Of a DNA stretch of 64,000 bases, positions 27,367 through 37,800 are shown one piece after another. Both the position numbers and the translations under genes were made by a program. Numbering within the stretch: position 1 is the first letter of the stretch; each line of letters begins with the position of its first letter. The DNA is from a virus. The notes under the pieces are model-generated. The model searched no databases, was not told where the DNA came from, and saw nothing but the letters and a program-made list of their open reading frames with translations. The stretch spans positions 106,563 to 170,562 of the IMG/VR virus record IMGVR_UViG_3300042923_000502, one strand, 5' to 3'.

Positions 27367-27879
27367 TTACACCTCCTTTATCAATAATTCTTCTCTTATT
27401 CTTTCAGCGACAATTGCCGCTTCTTCAATAGTATCAAAGTTGCCAAAACTTTTTTGTTTTCTATCTACATTAAATATTACCTGCCATCTTTTTCCTCTAA
27501 GTCTAACATTTGGCACTCCAGATGTATTATTTTTTGACTTTCTTCTATTTCTCTGATTTCCAGATGAAGATACAATACGTAGATTATCATTGGTATTATT
27601 CAATGTATCATGATTTATATGATCTACTAAATAACCGTCTTGTGCATCTGTGATAATGCGATGCAATTTCAATTTAGTTCCTTTTCTTCCTGTTCCTGCA
27701 AGATATCCAGTGGCATAATATTGGTTCATTTTAGGATCAAAATGAGCATACCATTTTACATCATAAGACATTAATCTTTCTAATTCTGATAAACTTATTA
27801 AAGTTTCTATGGTAGAACCATCTTTCTTGTCAAGGTAAATTATTACTAACTCTCCGCTAATCACATATTTATTCTTCAT
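27367..27879 (-). CDS. HNH-AP2 homing endonuclease
   Basis: LHRII..VDHINHDTLNNTNDNLR, NNTSG, FGNFDTIEEA. Confidence 0.9.
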   Translation of the reverse strand: MKNKYVISGELVIIYLDKKDGSTIETLISLSELERLMSYDVKWYAHFDPKMNQYYATGYLAGTGRKGTKLKLHRIITDAQDGYLVDHINHDTLNNTNDNLRIVSSSGNQRNRRKSKNNTSGVPNVRLRGKRWQVIFNVDRKQKSFGNFDTIEEAAIVAERIREELLIKEV

Positions 27880-27892
27880 CCTTTAATCTCCT

Positions 27893-28183
27893 TTAAATCT
27901 TAAATTCTTCATTTGGACTTTCATTAGCTTCTTCAACAATCTCTACATCAACATTCTTATTTTTAGTCTTTGTCCTGTCAACTATTGTGGCAACTCCATT
28001 AACAGCATTCACACCAGCTATAGCATATATAAGTGTTTCGGCTAATGAAAGAAAGTTGTCGGTTATATCTCCAAACATGAAATAGCCAAAAATAGATGAC
28101 ACAAGCACAGCTAAAAATCCAATTACAAGTGTACTCACTTTAAATTCGTCTAATGAGAAACCGTGACGGAAAAACTTGAACAT
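27893..28183 (-). CDS. Putative holin (2 TM)
   Basis: Two TM segments, charged C-terminus, in lysis cassette. Confidence 0.6.
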   Translation of the reverse strand: MFKFFRHGFSLDEFKVSTLVIGFLAVLVSSIFGYFMFGDITDNFLSLAETLIYAIAGVNAVNGVATIVDRTKTKNKNVDVEIVEEANESPNEEFKI

Positions 28184-28208
28184 CGTATCACCTCTTTTCT
28201 TTGTAAAA

Positions 28209-28502
28209 TTACTGAATCTTTATGCCAAAATATTCTGCTATCAAAGCAATAGCCAATGTAATAGCGAATCCCCAAGCCCATTTAGCATTAGCTTTCATGG
28301 ATTTGATTTCCTCTTTGTTGGCTTGAGCAAGTGCAAATGCTTCGTCTGATTTTCTAATAGCGTCATCAGCGGTATCAATTACAGCATCTACCTTATCTTC
28401 AAGTCTTTCGGCACGATTCAATTTTTCTTCGATACGTGTTACTCTATCTCTTACTTCATAGATCGCTTCCATTAATTCTTTTGTTGTATAATTTTCAGAC
28501 AT
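28209..28502 (-). CDS. XhlA-like lysis protein
   Basis: Coiled coil plus C-terminal KW..TM anchor. Confidence 0.7.
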   Translation of the reverse strand: MSENYTTKELMEAIYEVRDRVTRIEEKLNRAERLEDKVDAVIDTADDAIRKSDEAFALAQANKEEIKSMKANAKWAWGFAITLAIALIAEYFGIKIQ

Positions 28503-28525
28503 TTTCTACCCTCCATTGATTGTAA

Positions 28526-28561
28526 TAAAAAATAGGAGAGCGACACACCTATGCTCTCCTT
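28526..28561 (-). terminator. Terminator-like hairpin just downstream of a promoter
   Basis: aggagagc..gctctcct plus A-T6 tail on the minus strand. Confidence 0.65.
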
Positions 28562-28569
28562 TTACTGTA

Positions 28570-28598
28570 ATTATACCATTTTATCTGTCATTTGTCAA
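28570..28598 (-). promoter_or_regulatory. sigmaA promoter with the repeated motif, upstream of the lysis genes
   Basis: TTGACA-17-TATAAT with extended TG; CAAATGACAGATAAAAT. Confidence 0.85.
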
Positions 28599-28614
28599 AG
28601 ATTGGAAATGTCAA

Positions 28615-28749
28615 TTAAACTAAAGGATTTCCGTTGTCGTCTAATTCAAGAGCAAAAAGGTATTCATGCACAGCAACCTTCAACTTCTCAGGGACTTGAT
28701 CAAAGGTCTTGAGTCCTTTGATGATAAGTGATGCGTAAACTACAGCCAT
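28615..28749 (-). CDS. CD1375-like small protein
   Basis: MAVVYASLIIKGLKTFDQVPEKLK; aggaggtg RBS. Confidence 0.75.
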   Translation of the reverse strand: MAVVYASLIIKGLKTFDQVPEKLKVAVHEYLFALELDDNGNPLV

Positions 28750-28807
28750 TATGTCACCTCCTTTCACAAGTTTCATACCAATATTTATTATGATTAACCC
28801 GAATTTA

Positions 28808-28912
28808 TTAAGCATTAGCCAACAACTCCAAAACTTCTGCTTTATGCTTTTCGGGAACATCCTCTATTGTTTTCAAACCTTTTCTAATTAAATCAGCATA
28901 TATCTTTGCCAT
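28808..28912 (-). CDS. CD1375-like small protein, 34 aa (not in the ORF track)
   Basis: MAKIYADLIRKGLKTIEDVPEKHKAEV; paralog of the next gene. Confidence 0.75.
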   Translation of the reverse strand: MAKIYADLIRKGLKTIEDVPEKHKAEVLELLANA

Positions 28913-28915
28913 TAA

Positions 28916-29389
28916 TTATTCCACCTCTTCTTCTGTATCTTCTGTTGGTTCTATTGGCTCTACAATTGAAGGTTCCAAGGTTGGAGGTTCTTCAACTATA
29001 GGTTCATCAGGTTCTTCTGTTGCATCTTCTAACATGATTGCATCCATTAGATTCAATAATAACTCATAAACATCCACTAAAGCTTGTTGTGTACTTGTTG
29101 ATTCATCTTGAGCTTGTAATAATTGCTCATAAGTCTCAATCAAGGCTATTTGAGTATTGATAAGCTCGTTTTTCAAGTATGCAACTTCATCGGAGACATG
29201 CGGTGTATTTGTGTCAATATTTTTCACTATCTCCCAAGCATCTTCCAACTCTTGTTGAGTTGGAATTGGATCACTTAAATTCCATTGCGATATATATTGA
29301 CCTTTACCATCTCCATCATCTTGAACGATAAAATCAAATATTGGATCAGAGTATGGGAAAAGATATTCAAGCGTTTTTCCTATGTTCAT
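28916..29389 (-). CDS. xkdW: XkdW-family tail fibre assembly protein with acidic tail
   Basis: YLFP..DF.VQDDGDG.G.YI..WNL..P.PT..EL. Confidence 0.75.
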   Translation of the reverse strand: MNIGKTLEYLFPYSDPIFDFIVQDDGDGKGQYISQWNLSDPIPTQQELEDAWEIVKNIDTNTPHVSDEVAYLKNELINTQIALIETYEQLLQAQDESTSTQQALVDVYELLLNLMDAIMLEDATEEPDEPIVEEPPTLEPSIVEPIEPTEDTEEEVE

Positions 29390-29408
29390 TGTCTTATTCC
29401 TCCTTTTT

Positions 29409-31625
29409 TTATACTACACGTGCTCTATACCAACAATGATTCCCGTCTGCTGGACTAGTGAGAGCTGAGCCGTATCCGTTGTATAGATAAAATTCAACAT
29501 AATGACCAGCAACCACATCTGTTGCTGTGCTTACGAAAATATTTGTATCACCAGCAGATCCAGTGCGTATACGTCCAACAATCTGATCTGGATTTCCGTT
29601 TTTATACATGCGGATTTGTAAGTCTATGCCTGCAGGAACTCCAAGAAGACATAGGCACAAATCGAAATTATAGACGCCAGAATGATTTGGCGAAAATCTT
29701 CCTATAGACTCTGAATATTCATTTTGATAATCATAGTACTGACTTCCAAATGCATTTACGATTTTTGTCCATGTCGCAGATGGGAACGATTGTGTTGTAG
29801 ATGCTCCAGCACCAACACCTGACCTGTCCGTTGCGTTGTTACTTCCCCATGGATTTACTATTCCATCGCGGTCAGTGACAATGCCACCTTCATACGTGTT
29901 CATCTTTTTTGTGGAGCTTGTAATATTTCCTGCAACGTGAACTCTGCCACCGTATGCTGCTTGATAAGCTACAAAGTTACTTCCTCCCTTGCAATCTTGA
30001 GCAAGAATCTCTCCATTTGAATGAGCATAAATAGCTGCAGATGTTTTACTAGAAATTAAACAATCGTAAATATATATCTTAGCATTTTCAACATAAAAAC
30101 CATATTCACCATTAGTATCAGTAGCACATTTTTCGAAAAATACTTCATTGCAATTTGTTGAATAAAATGGATTAACAGTATAAGTTGTTTTAAATCCTGT
30201 AAGCGTTATTCTACAAGAATTTCTTGCGATAACAACTTGACCTGAAACCGTATGAGTAGCTGGAGTTTCGGCATAAGAAGCAGCATTTATACTAACAGTT
30301 CCACTTCCATTAAATCCAACAATAGAGATGCCCTCGCTATAAGAACCAGGATTTACAATTATAGTAACAGTATGATTTACTTGCTTTGGAATCATTGATA
30401 ATGCTTTTGTTATTGTTTTTAATGCACCAGAAGTTCCAGCAGTTCTACCAGAGTTATTGTCGTTTCCATCTGTTCTAACATATAATGTCAAGTCCTCCGA
30501 AGTTTCTGTGGCAACTCTTGAAGAAGTTCCGAACTTATCTTTTGTTAAAATTTTCCCTGTTAGATGGTCAACTTCAATACTTTTTACCCAAGAACTTCCA
30601 CCATTAGGTTTGTAAGACAATGATGTTAATGGACTAGATGCCCACACATTGAATGCCAATGAAATAGAAGCAAGTGAGGTGTCTTCATGCGAATTTGATC
30701 CATTTTCATTAACTCTAATCTGGTAGTCATACGCTGTCGAACGATAAGTTGATAGCCCAATCGTGTCAGAAGAATACTTATGGTAGAATCCTCTATTTGT
30801 AGAATTTGCCGTGAAAGAAGTTGCTTGAACATTTCCAGTATCACTAAATTGAATTGTATTACTCCAACTAAAATCAACAGCACCATTGCTTGTAGAAGCC
30901 GCAAATATAAGGTTATTACTTGCAGGATGATGCATAGTCCAACTCTTATATCCAGCAAGTCTTGCTGTTATAGGGTAATTCCCTGTGGTATTTAATCCAC
31001 TAAATGTAGGTGTTGTAGATGTTAATAATGATTGATCAAAATGATAACCATCAACCATGTCAGCATTTAAGTTATCGCACATTGTTGTAGATGTAATATA
31101 AAAAGGCTTTCCCCCTTGACCAATTGTAGATGAAAATTGCTTTGCTACGATGTTTGCGTTAGTATCACGTGCTACAATTGTATTAGCGAAAGCTAATGTC
31201 GATGTGTCCATATCATCCAATAGATCAGCATTTAAATTTACAACTTTTGTAGTACTAGCAATGGTCATAGGTGCTATTCCAGTTGCAACAGAAGATTGAA
31301 TTTGGTTGTAAACTAAGACAGCTCCTACGTTAGTTATTTTAAATATGTTTGTAGTCCCATTTTTTATGATACCAAATGGGAATAATCCTCCATCATTACT
31401 TGGAGCTGCTATTGACATTGCAAATCCATTGCTTCCCAAGTTTACAGGATCGCCAACTACGAAGCTATTAGCTCCGAAGCTGGCAACTCTTACCATTGTT
31501 CCGTCGTCATATATATTAGAGTTGACAAGTGTATTGCCACTCATTTTTGTAATATAGTTATCATTAGCTCTTTTGCCTACTAATGGATAACCATTTATCG
31601 TACTTCCTCCAGCTAATTCAGCCAT
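29409..31625 (-). CDS. Tail fibre / receptor-binding protein (beta-helix plus C1q-like C-terminus)
   Basis: NLNAD..DG repeats, YVRTDGNDNNSG, C-terminal F.P..SGVY.F; followed by XkdW. Confidence 0.8.
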   Translation of the reverse strand: MAELAGGSTINGYPLVGKRANDNYITKMSGNTLVNSNIYDDGTMVRVASFGANSFVVGDPVNLGSNGFAMSIAAPSNDGGLFPFGIIKNGTTNIFKITNVGAVLVYNQIQSSVATGIAPMTIASTTKVVNLNADLLDDMDTSTLAFANTIVARDTNANIVAKQFSSTIGQGGKPFYITSTTMCDNLNADMVDGYHFDQSLLTSTTPTFSGLNTTGNYPITARLAGYKSWTMHHPASNNLIFAASTSNGAVDFSWSNTIQFSDTGNVQATSFTANSTNRGFYHKYSSDTIGLSTYRSTAYDYQIRVNENGSNSHEDTSLASISLAFNVWASSPLTSLSYKPNGGSSWVKSIEVDHLTGKILTKDKFGTSSRVATETSEDLTLYVRTDGNDNNSGRTAGTSGALKTITKALSMIPKQVNHTVTIIVNPGSYSEGISIVGFNGSGTVSINAASYAETPATHTVSGQVVIARNSCRITLTGFKTTYTVNPFYSTNCNEVFFEKCATDTNGEYGFYVENAKIYIYDCLISSKTSAAIYAHSNGEILAQDCKGGSNFVAYQAAYGGRVHVAGNITSSTKKMNTYEGGIVTDRDGIVNPWGSNNATDRSGVGAGASTTQSFPSATWTKIVNAFGSQYYDYQNEYSESIGRFSPNHSGVYNFDLCLCLLGVPAGIDLQIRMYKNGNPDQIVGRIRTGSAGDTNIFVSTATDVVAGHYVEFYLYNGYGSALTSPADGNHCWYRARVV

Positions 31626-31655
31626 TTATTCCACTCCTTTTATTATTATATAAAT

Positions 31656-34600
31656 TTAGAAAACAACCTTTTCTTTAAATGATCCTTGGACAATTAATTT
31701 TTCCTTGTTTTGTTTGACCTTGTTTTTATAAATAGCATCAAGTTCATTATCAGTAAATGCTCTTTTTGCAATAATTAAGTCTTTGTAATAAGTATTAGGA
31801 GAATTACTATTGTCAAACCCGCCAAGCGTAAGATCATATCCATATTGTGTAACAAATGCATTGCCAGCTATTGCAGATGAAACATCTACTGATCTAACAT
31901 GAGTATTTGTCCCTATTCTTTCCTTTATTGTTACAATGTTGCCATTTCTTACAACTGATACCATATGATAGTTTCCGAAATAAACATTTGGATCAATAGC
32001 ACTTGGAGTTGAAGTAAATATTGTATTTGCTCCTGAATCTTTTCCCCAAAATAAATATCCTCCACCCACACTATTTCCATTACATCCTATACTTTCAAGA
32101 TTATATCCAGTCAAGTTGTTAGTATGAGTTCCCATTGGTTTTTTCCAATAAACAATAGACCAAACACTATTCCATTGTAATCCATAGTCTCTATAGAGAT
32201 TAAATTCTAATGAGTTATAATTCCTTGTACCATTTACAAAAGGAGTTAGGAACGCTCTAGTTTCGACTTGAACGTTGTCAATCCACAATGTACCAGTTGC
32301 ACCATTATAACCATATGCATATACAGACACATCAGCGGTTAAGTCCCAATTACTTGTAATTGTATATGTGTACGAAACTCTTTCCCATGTGTCGATTTTT
32401 GATACACTATAGTACCCTAATGCACCTTCAAAATCGTATCCTCCACCATTCAATTTATGATATAGTCCAACTTGACCGCCTTTGTTTAATACATTTGATT
32501 TGTGATACCATGAAATTGTCACTGTTGTTCCAACTCCCCATCCTAGTGAATTAGGAGTTCCAATTGATTTACTCATACCAAGCCATCTGTGAGGTACACC
32601 ATATACTTCATTTTCATCAATAAATTTCATACATGGGTCATTGTTAATTCCTTCATAGACCCATTGACCATGATATCCAATAGCTGGAGAAGGAACACCA
32701 CCATTGTAACCTTGTGACCATCCATCAACAGATATTGCATTAGGATGTAATGATGCATCCCAACCAGGATTGTATCCAGAAGAACCAGTTGTTGGGTTAG
32801 TAACAATATTTACTGTTGTTACTCCAACCCATGCACCATCTTTGTCTATTGAATTGATATTATATTCAGATGCACTTATATTCTTATCAATTGTCAATGC
32901 ATCACCCTTCAAGGGGAAATATATTGAATCACTTGGCAAATATGGTTTTTCATTTAATTTCAAGGCATACACAGAACCATTAGGTCTTACATCGAATTTA
33001 TTTTTAACCAACAAATCTACTTCTTTGTCCGTTAATGCCTTATTGTAAACTGAAAAATTACTATAAACGGCATTAAAATTACCAGAAAATACAATAAGGT
33101 CAGGAGAAAAATTTGCCAATGAATTATTGATAGATGTGTCTATTGTCCCTTTTGCATGTCCAGAATTTGTAAAATGATGCCTAGTCCATGTAGAACCACT
33201 TTTTGTTAATACAAACCAACAATCGTAATCTTCAAGAAAGTCAACTCCCATGTGCCAATGCCACCAATTAGCTTGAGTAGAACTTACAAAGCTATCAAAT
33301 CCCATCCATGGTTGACTAGATGTACCTAAAGCTGTAAGAGGTTTATAATCTTCAAGCCAAGTGCTCAATTGGCTATTTTTATCTTTAAGGTTAAATATTC
33401 TTCTTCCAATGTTATCTGATGATATTCTAGACCAACTTGCATCTGGCTTCATTTTAAAAGCAATTGTCCATTCACTTCCTAAATTAAGAGGTATAGACAT
33501 CTCTCCATAACTCATTGTTCCATTAACAAAAGAAGTTGAATAATTCTTATTTTCAAGTTGTAAATTTCTTGCATATGACTTGCCAGTTGATCCGCTATTC
33601 ATATGATAAACAGCAACCATAACGGTTTTCCCAGTTGGATTCGGCATATCAAAAGTAGCCTTCTTCTTTGTCCAATCAAGTGAAGAAATAGGAATAGTGT
33701 AAGCCCATGTCCAATCTGTAAAATAAATATACATAACTGGATAACCTACGCCATTTTGATCATTTTTACCTTCAAATTGCATAGAATAAGTTCCACCTGT
33801 GGGAGTTAATTCCTTAACTCTAGCGCTAACATCTCTGTACGTGAATGGATAACCTGTTCCGCTATACTCTGCGTCCGCTTTGTACCCGCTTGTAACAAGA
33901 ATGTTTTCTTTGGATTGTTCAATTGCTACACCACTTCCATCTGAAAGTAGAGTTGTATTCGATTCACTTCCAACGTAAGCATTATCATCTACCCCAAGCA
34001 ACAGGTCTTGAATTGTAGATTCAGTTCCATCACACACTTCCATACGTGGTCTAATCCAATACACTCTTTCGGTTGTTGATGTAGAGTAGAATAAATAAGT
34101 TCTATGACCGCCAACAGTTGCAGTTGACATCCATTTGAAGTTAGTTACGGAAGCAACTCTTTTTCCAGAAGTGTTGTATACTCCCGAAGTAGTTTCGCTT
34201 ACTCCTGAGTAGTCATAAGGATAAATATATGCAACCATCAGTACATAATTATCATTAATATCTGTAAGAGAAAGTCCTGATGCAAAAATTGCAAAATATG
34301 GATTGTCATTTGCAGTGGTTGATCCAAGATTACTAACTGTATTTCCTTGACATCCAAAGTATATTGTACCATTTCCAACATTTTCTCTTTTAACCCATAC
34401 GCTTAATCTATACTTTTTCGTTTTATCAATTGATTTATTATAAACGTTCCATCCACCATCTCCATCACTTACAGCATCATTGCTTAAAGCTGCCCAAGTT
34501 GGCTCCTTGTATCCCCAAGGATTTTCATGCATGATAATAGTATTTATATCCGCAGAGCTACTTCCGTTTAACGAAAAGTTTCCTTGACTGCCACTTGTGC

Positions 34601-34766
34601 CTAATTTCCATTGCGATGTGTCAAGCAAATTTCTATTTTGTTTGCCAATATGAGTCCCATCAAATGGATGATTTTTTACAAGTCCACTTTGAATACTTGG
34701 CGTTCTTTCATTTAAAATTCCACTAACTAACAAGTCACTCTTCTTTAATCTTCCTACAACTGCCAC
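31656..34766 (-). CDS. Tail adhesin with carbohydrate-binding / LamG-like domains
   Basis: Two E..TSFVNGT modules, Trp/Gly-rich beta domains, YNKALT and RAFT LamG-like ends. Confidence 0.7.
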   Translation of the reverse strand: MAVVGRLKKSDLLVSGILNERTPSIQSGLVKNHPFDGTHIGKQNRNLLDTSQWKLGTSGSQGNFSLNGSSSADINTIIMHENPWGYKEPTWAALSNDAVSDGDGGWNVYNKSIDKTKKYRLSVWVKRENVGNGTIYFGCQGNTVSNLGSTTANDNPYFAIFASGLSLTDINDNYVLMVAYIYPYDYSGVSETTSGVYNTSGKRVASVTNFKWMSTATVGGHRTYLFYSTSTTERVYWIRPRMEVCDGTESTIQDLLLGVDDNAYVGSESNTTLLSDGSGVAIEQSKENILVTSGYKADAEYSGTGYPFTYRDVSARVKELTPTGGTYSMQFEGKNDQNGVGYPVMYIYFTDWTWAYTIPISSLDWTKKKATFDMPNPTGKTVMVAVYHMNSGSTGKSYARNLQLENKNYSTSFVNGTMSYGEMSIPLNLGSEWTIAFKMKPDASWSRISSDNIGRRIFNLKDKNSQLSTWLEDYKPLTALGTSSQPWMGFDSFVSSTQANWWHWHMGVDFLEDYDCWFVLTKSGSTWTRHHFTNSGHAKGTIDTSINNSLANFSPDLIVFSGNFNAVYSNFSVYNKALTDKEVDLLVKNKFDVRPNGSVYALKLNEKPYLPSDSIYFPLKGDALTIDKNISASEYNINSIDKDGAWVGVTTVNIVTNPTTGSSGYNPGWDASLHPNAISVDGWSQGYNGGVPSPAIGYHGQWVYEGINNDPCMKFIDENEVYGVPHRWLGMSKSIGTPNSLGWGVGTTVTISWYHKSNVLNKGGQVGLYHKLNGGGYDFEGALGYYSVSKIDTWERVSYTYTITSNWDLTADVSVYAYGYNGATGTLWIDNVQVETRAFLTPFVNGTRNYNSLEFNLYRDYGLQWNSVWSIVYWKKPMGTHTNNLTGYNLESIGCNGNSVGGGYLFWGKDSGANTIFTSTPSAIDPNVYFGNYHMVSVVRNGNIVTIKERIGTNTHVRSVDVSSAIAGNAFVTQYGYDLTLGGFDNSNSPNTYYKDLIIAKRAFTDNELDAIYKNKVKQNKEKLIVQGSFKEKVVF

Positions 34767-34831
34767 TCATTTTCCTCCTTGTCTAATTATAAAGTAGAGG
34801 GAAGAAAACTTCCCTCTTTTGTTAGTTTATT

Positions 34832-37800
34832 TTATCCATATATGAAATCTAAGCTATCTTCCGTTGCATTGTATTGAATCGAATAATTCCCAGATTTAAA
34901 TATTGGAGATGTTATTTTTGTCAAGATTGTTGTATTGCCTATTCCATCATCCAAAACATTGTTGTAAGTTCTTATCTCTCCGGATGTTCCATTTAGACCA
35001 GTAAGCCATAATGGAGCAGAAGCTGTTCTCGCATTGTTTGATCCTTGTAAATATGCGCCAGTAGTTGTTCCAGTGATTCTTATTGTCGCATTTCCAGTTC
35101 CTGGTAAACCTCCTATATAAGAAGTTCCTGCTGCTTCTATTCCAGCGAATGTAGGAGCTGCTGTAGTTCTTAAATCTTGGTTAAATTGATATCCATCAAC
35201 CATATCAGCATTAAGATTGGTAACTACGGTTGTAGAAGATACGGCAAAAGGAGCGCCTGACGCTCTGGTAAATGTAGTTAAACCATCTGTTCCAATAATA
35301 ATATGATTAGTTCCAGCTCCTGAATCCAATGCTGTGCCAAGTTTCAACATTCCACTTTGGAATGAAACGTATCCTTGTTTTGCATTCGCCGCACTTCCAG
35401 TGCTATAAAGATACAATATTGCATCATTAGCATTTTGAATAGTTGCTTTATTACTACTAAGTGTAATATTTGTAGCACTTAAAGACATTCCACTTATTGT
35501 CGTTCCTGTTCGTTCAATACTTAAAGCAGTTGATCCAGTTCCACCACCATCTGTGATAGTTCTTATCTCGAATTTTTTTGCATCTGGAACTATCCACCAT
35601 TTCTTTTCGTTTGTTCCTTGATCAGTTTCATTTAATTCTATAACTGGAGCTACGCTTGACATATATAATGCACCAGTTAAGCCCATACTTACAAAGTTAG
35701 GAGAGGAAGTTGAAAGCAACGCTTGGTTAAAGTGATAACCATCAACCATGTCAGCATCTAATCCGCCACCTGTGCCCATATTTTCTTCTGTCCATATCTT
35801 GTACCACGAAGAATATGTTCCACTTCCTCCAGCTTCCGTTGGATTTCCTCTTCTGTACATCGGACCATTTGCTTTAATATACGGGAAAATTACTTGCGCT
35901 ATAGTGTCACTACTAGGAGCGCGAAGAACAAGAGTTTGACCATAGTAATAACCAGTTCCTGGTAAATTACTCATTCCAGAAGCTTGCATTCTATATACAC
36001 CAGAGGTCACTAAATTATTGACATTTTCAGTTGCTGTAACCATTTCTGCTCGCATATAATTGCTTCCATGCACTCCATCTAACATATCAGCGTTTAAATT
36101 GTCTACTCTTGTAGTAGATGATACTTGTAAAGGAGAAGTTCCAGTAGCTACATTAGAAACAAATTTTGTTGCACCAACATATCCGTATACATCTAACTCG
36201 TAAATTGGATTTAATTTCTTTATTCCAGTGAATCCATTAGGAAGAACGTAAATGCCCAATCCATTTGCCCAAGGACTATCTCCATGAGCCATATATAGAT
36301 TATTTATTGTTACGGCTCCAGATGTACTATTTCCATACATTCCGAAACCACCATAAGAAGCTGATCTATCGTAGTTCTGGAAATAAAATCCTCTAGCATA
36401 TCCTCCAGTTCCTTGAGTTGGCAATGCATAATTTAAATTTGTTTGGTCAAGTAAAAATGTACTTCCTGAACCTCCACCAACTGTCATTCCCCAAAATTTA
36501 GGAGCTGCTGTTGTTCTAACATCTTGATCAAGGTGATAACCATCAACCATGTCGGCATTTAAATTAGTAATTAAAACACCAGTTCCACTACCATTGCCAA
36601 TCTCTGAAAATGTCAAGGTAGAGTTGACCCAAGATGTACCATTAAATCTTAACACTTGATTGCTTGATGGACTTGTTATTGTAGTATCAGACAATCCAAC
36701 TAAAGTCGGAGTTGCCCAAACTGCTACGCCGCTTGCACTATATTTTAAGAAGTTATTAACGGCTCCACCCGTTGGGATATGATTGTTTCCAGCACCAGTT
36801 GGATGTGTATAAACAACGGTTTGCACACCATCAATCAAGATGTTTCCATTTGTTCCAGAAGCAGTAGTCTTGTTTGCTTGAGCACTAATAGCCGAAAGCT
36901 TATTGAAGTCAGCAATAGACATCTTACCATCCGTGGATGCAGATGCATTTGGAATTGCATTAGCAGAAATCGCCACCCACGCAGAACCAGTATAGCGATA
37001 TGTATAATCCGTATCATTTACGTTTACAGTCCATCCATCTTGTGGATTTGGATATGTCGTTGCTATCGCTGCATAGTTTGCTACAGAAGCTTTCCATTGG
37101 ATGCTTGATGTAGCTTGACTAATGAGCGTATCAACTTCTGATTTTGTATACTTATCGTTCCACAACGCTTTAAGTGACGCATTTAGTGACAAGTCAGGAT
37201 TTTGAACTGTTCCAGCAATAATTATGTCAGAATTTGCAGAGGTAAGTCCAACAACGGAACCTAAACCATCATTACCTTTTTGTGCAATTAGTTGCCAAAA
37301 TCCAGTGTCAGTAGGAACTTTATTTAATGCTTGTGCTATACACATATAACTTGAACCATTGTAAGTTACAATATTGTTTGGATAATATGTTGTAGAAGCA
37401 TTGTATGTTCCTTTTGCTGACGTTCTGCTTGCAACCGTATTTGCATTTGTAGCTGCCGTGTTAGCAGCATCTCTTGCGGTATTGGCATTCGTAGTCGCCG
37501 TATTTGCGTTTGAAGTTGCCGTATCAGCATTTTGTTTCGCGGTATTCGCCGCACTAGCTGCTGTATTTGCTGCATCTTTTGCTAGGTTTGCATTTGTAGT
37601 TGCTGTATCCGCATTTGTTTTAGCTAAATTAGCTGCATCTCTAGCTGCATTTGCTTGAGTTGTTGCTGTTTTTGCTGCATCGCCTTGAGCTTTGGCGTAA
37701 TCTCCTTGTGTTTGTGCGTAATCAGCTTTATCATTAGCATTAGAAGCTGCCGTGTCTGCATTTGTTTTAGCCAAATTAGCTGCGTCTCTTGCTGCGTTTG

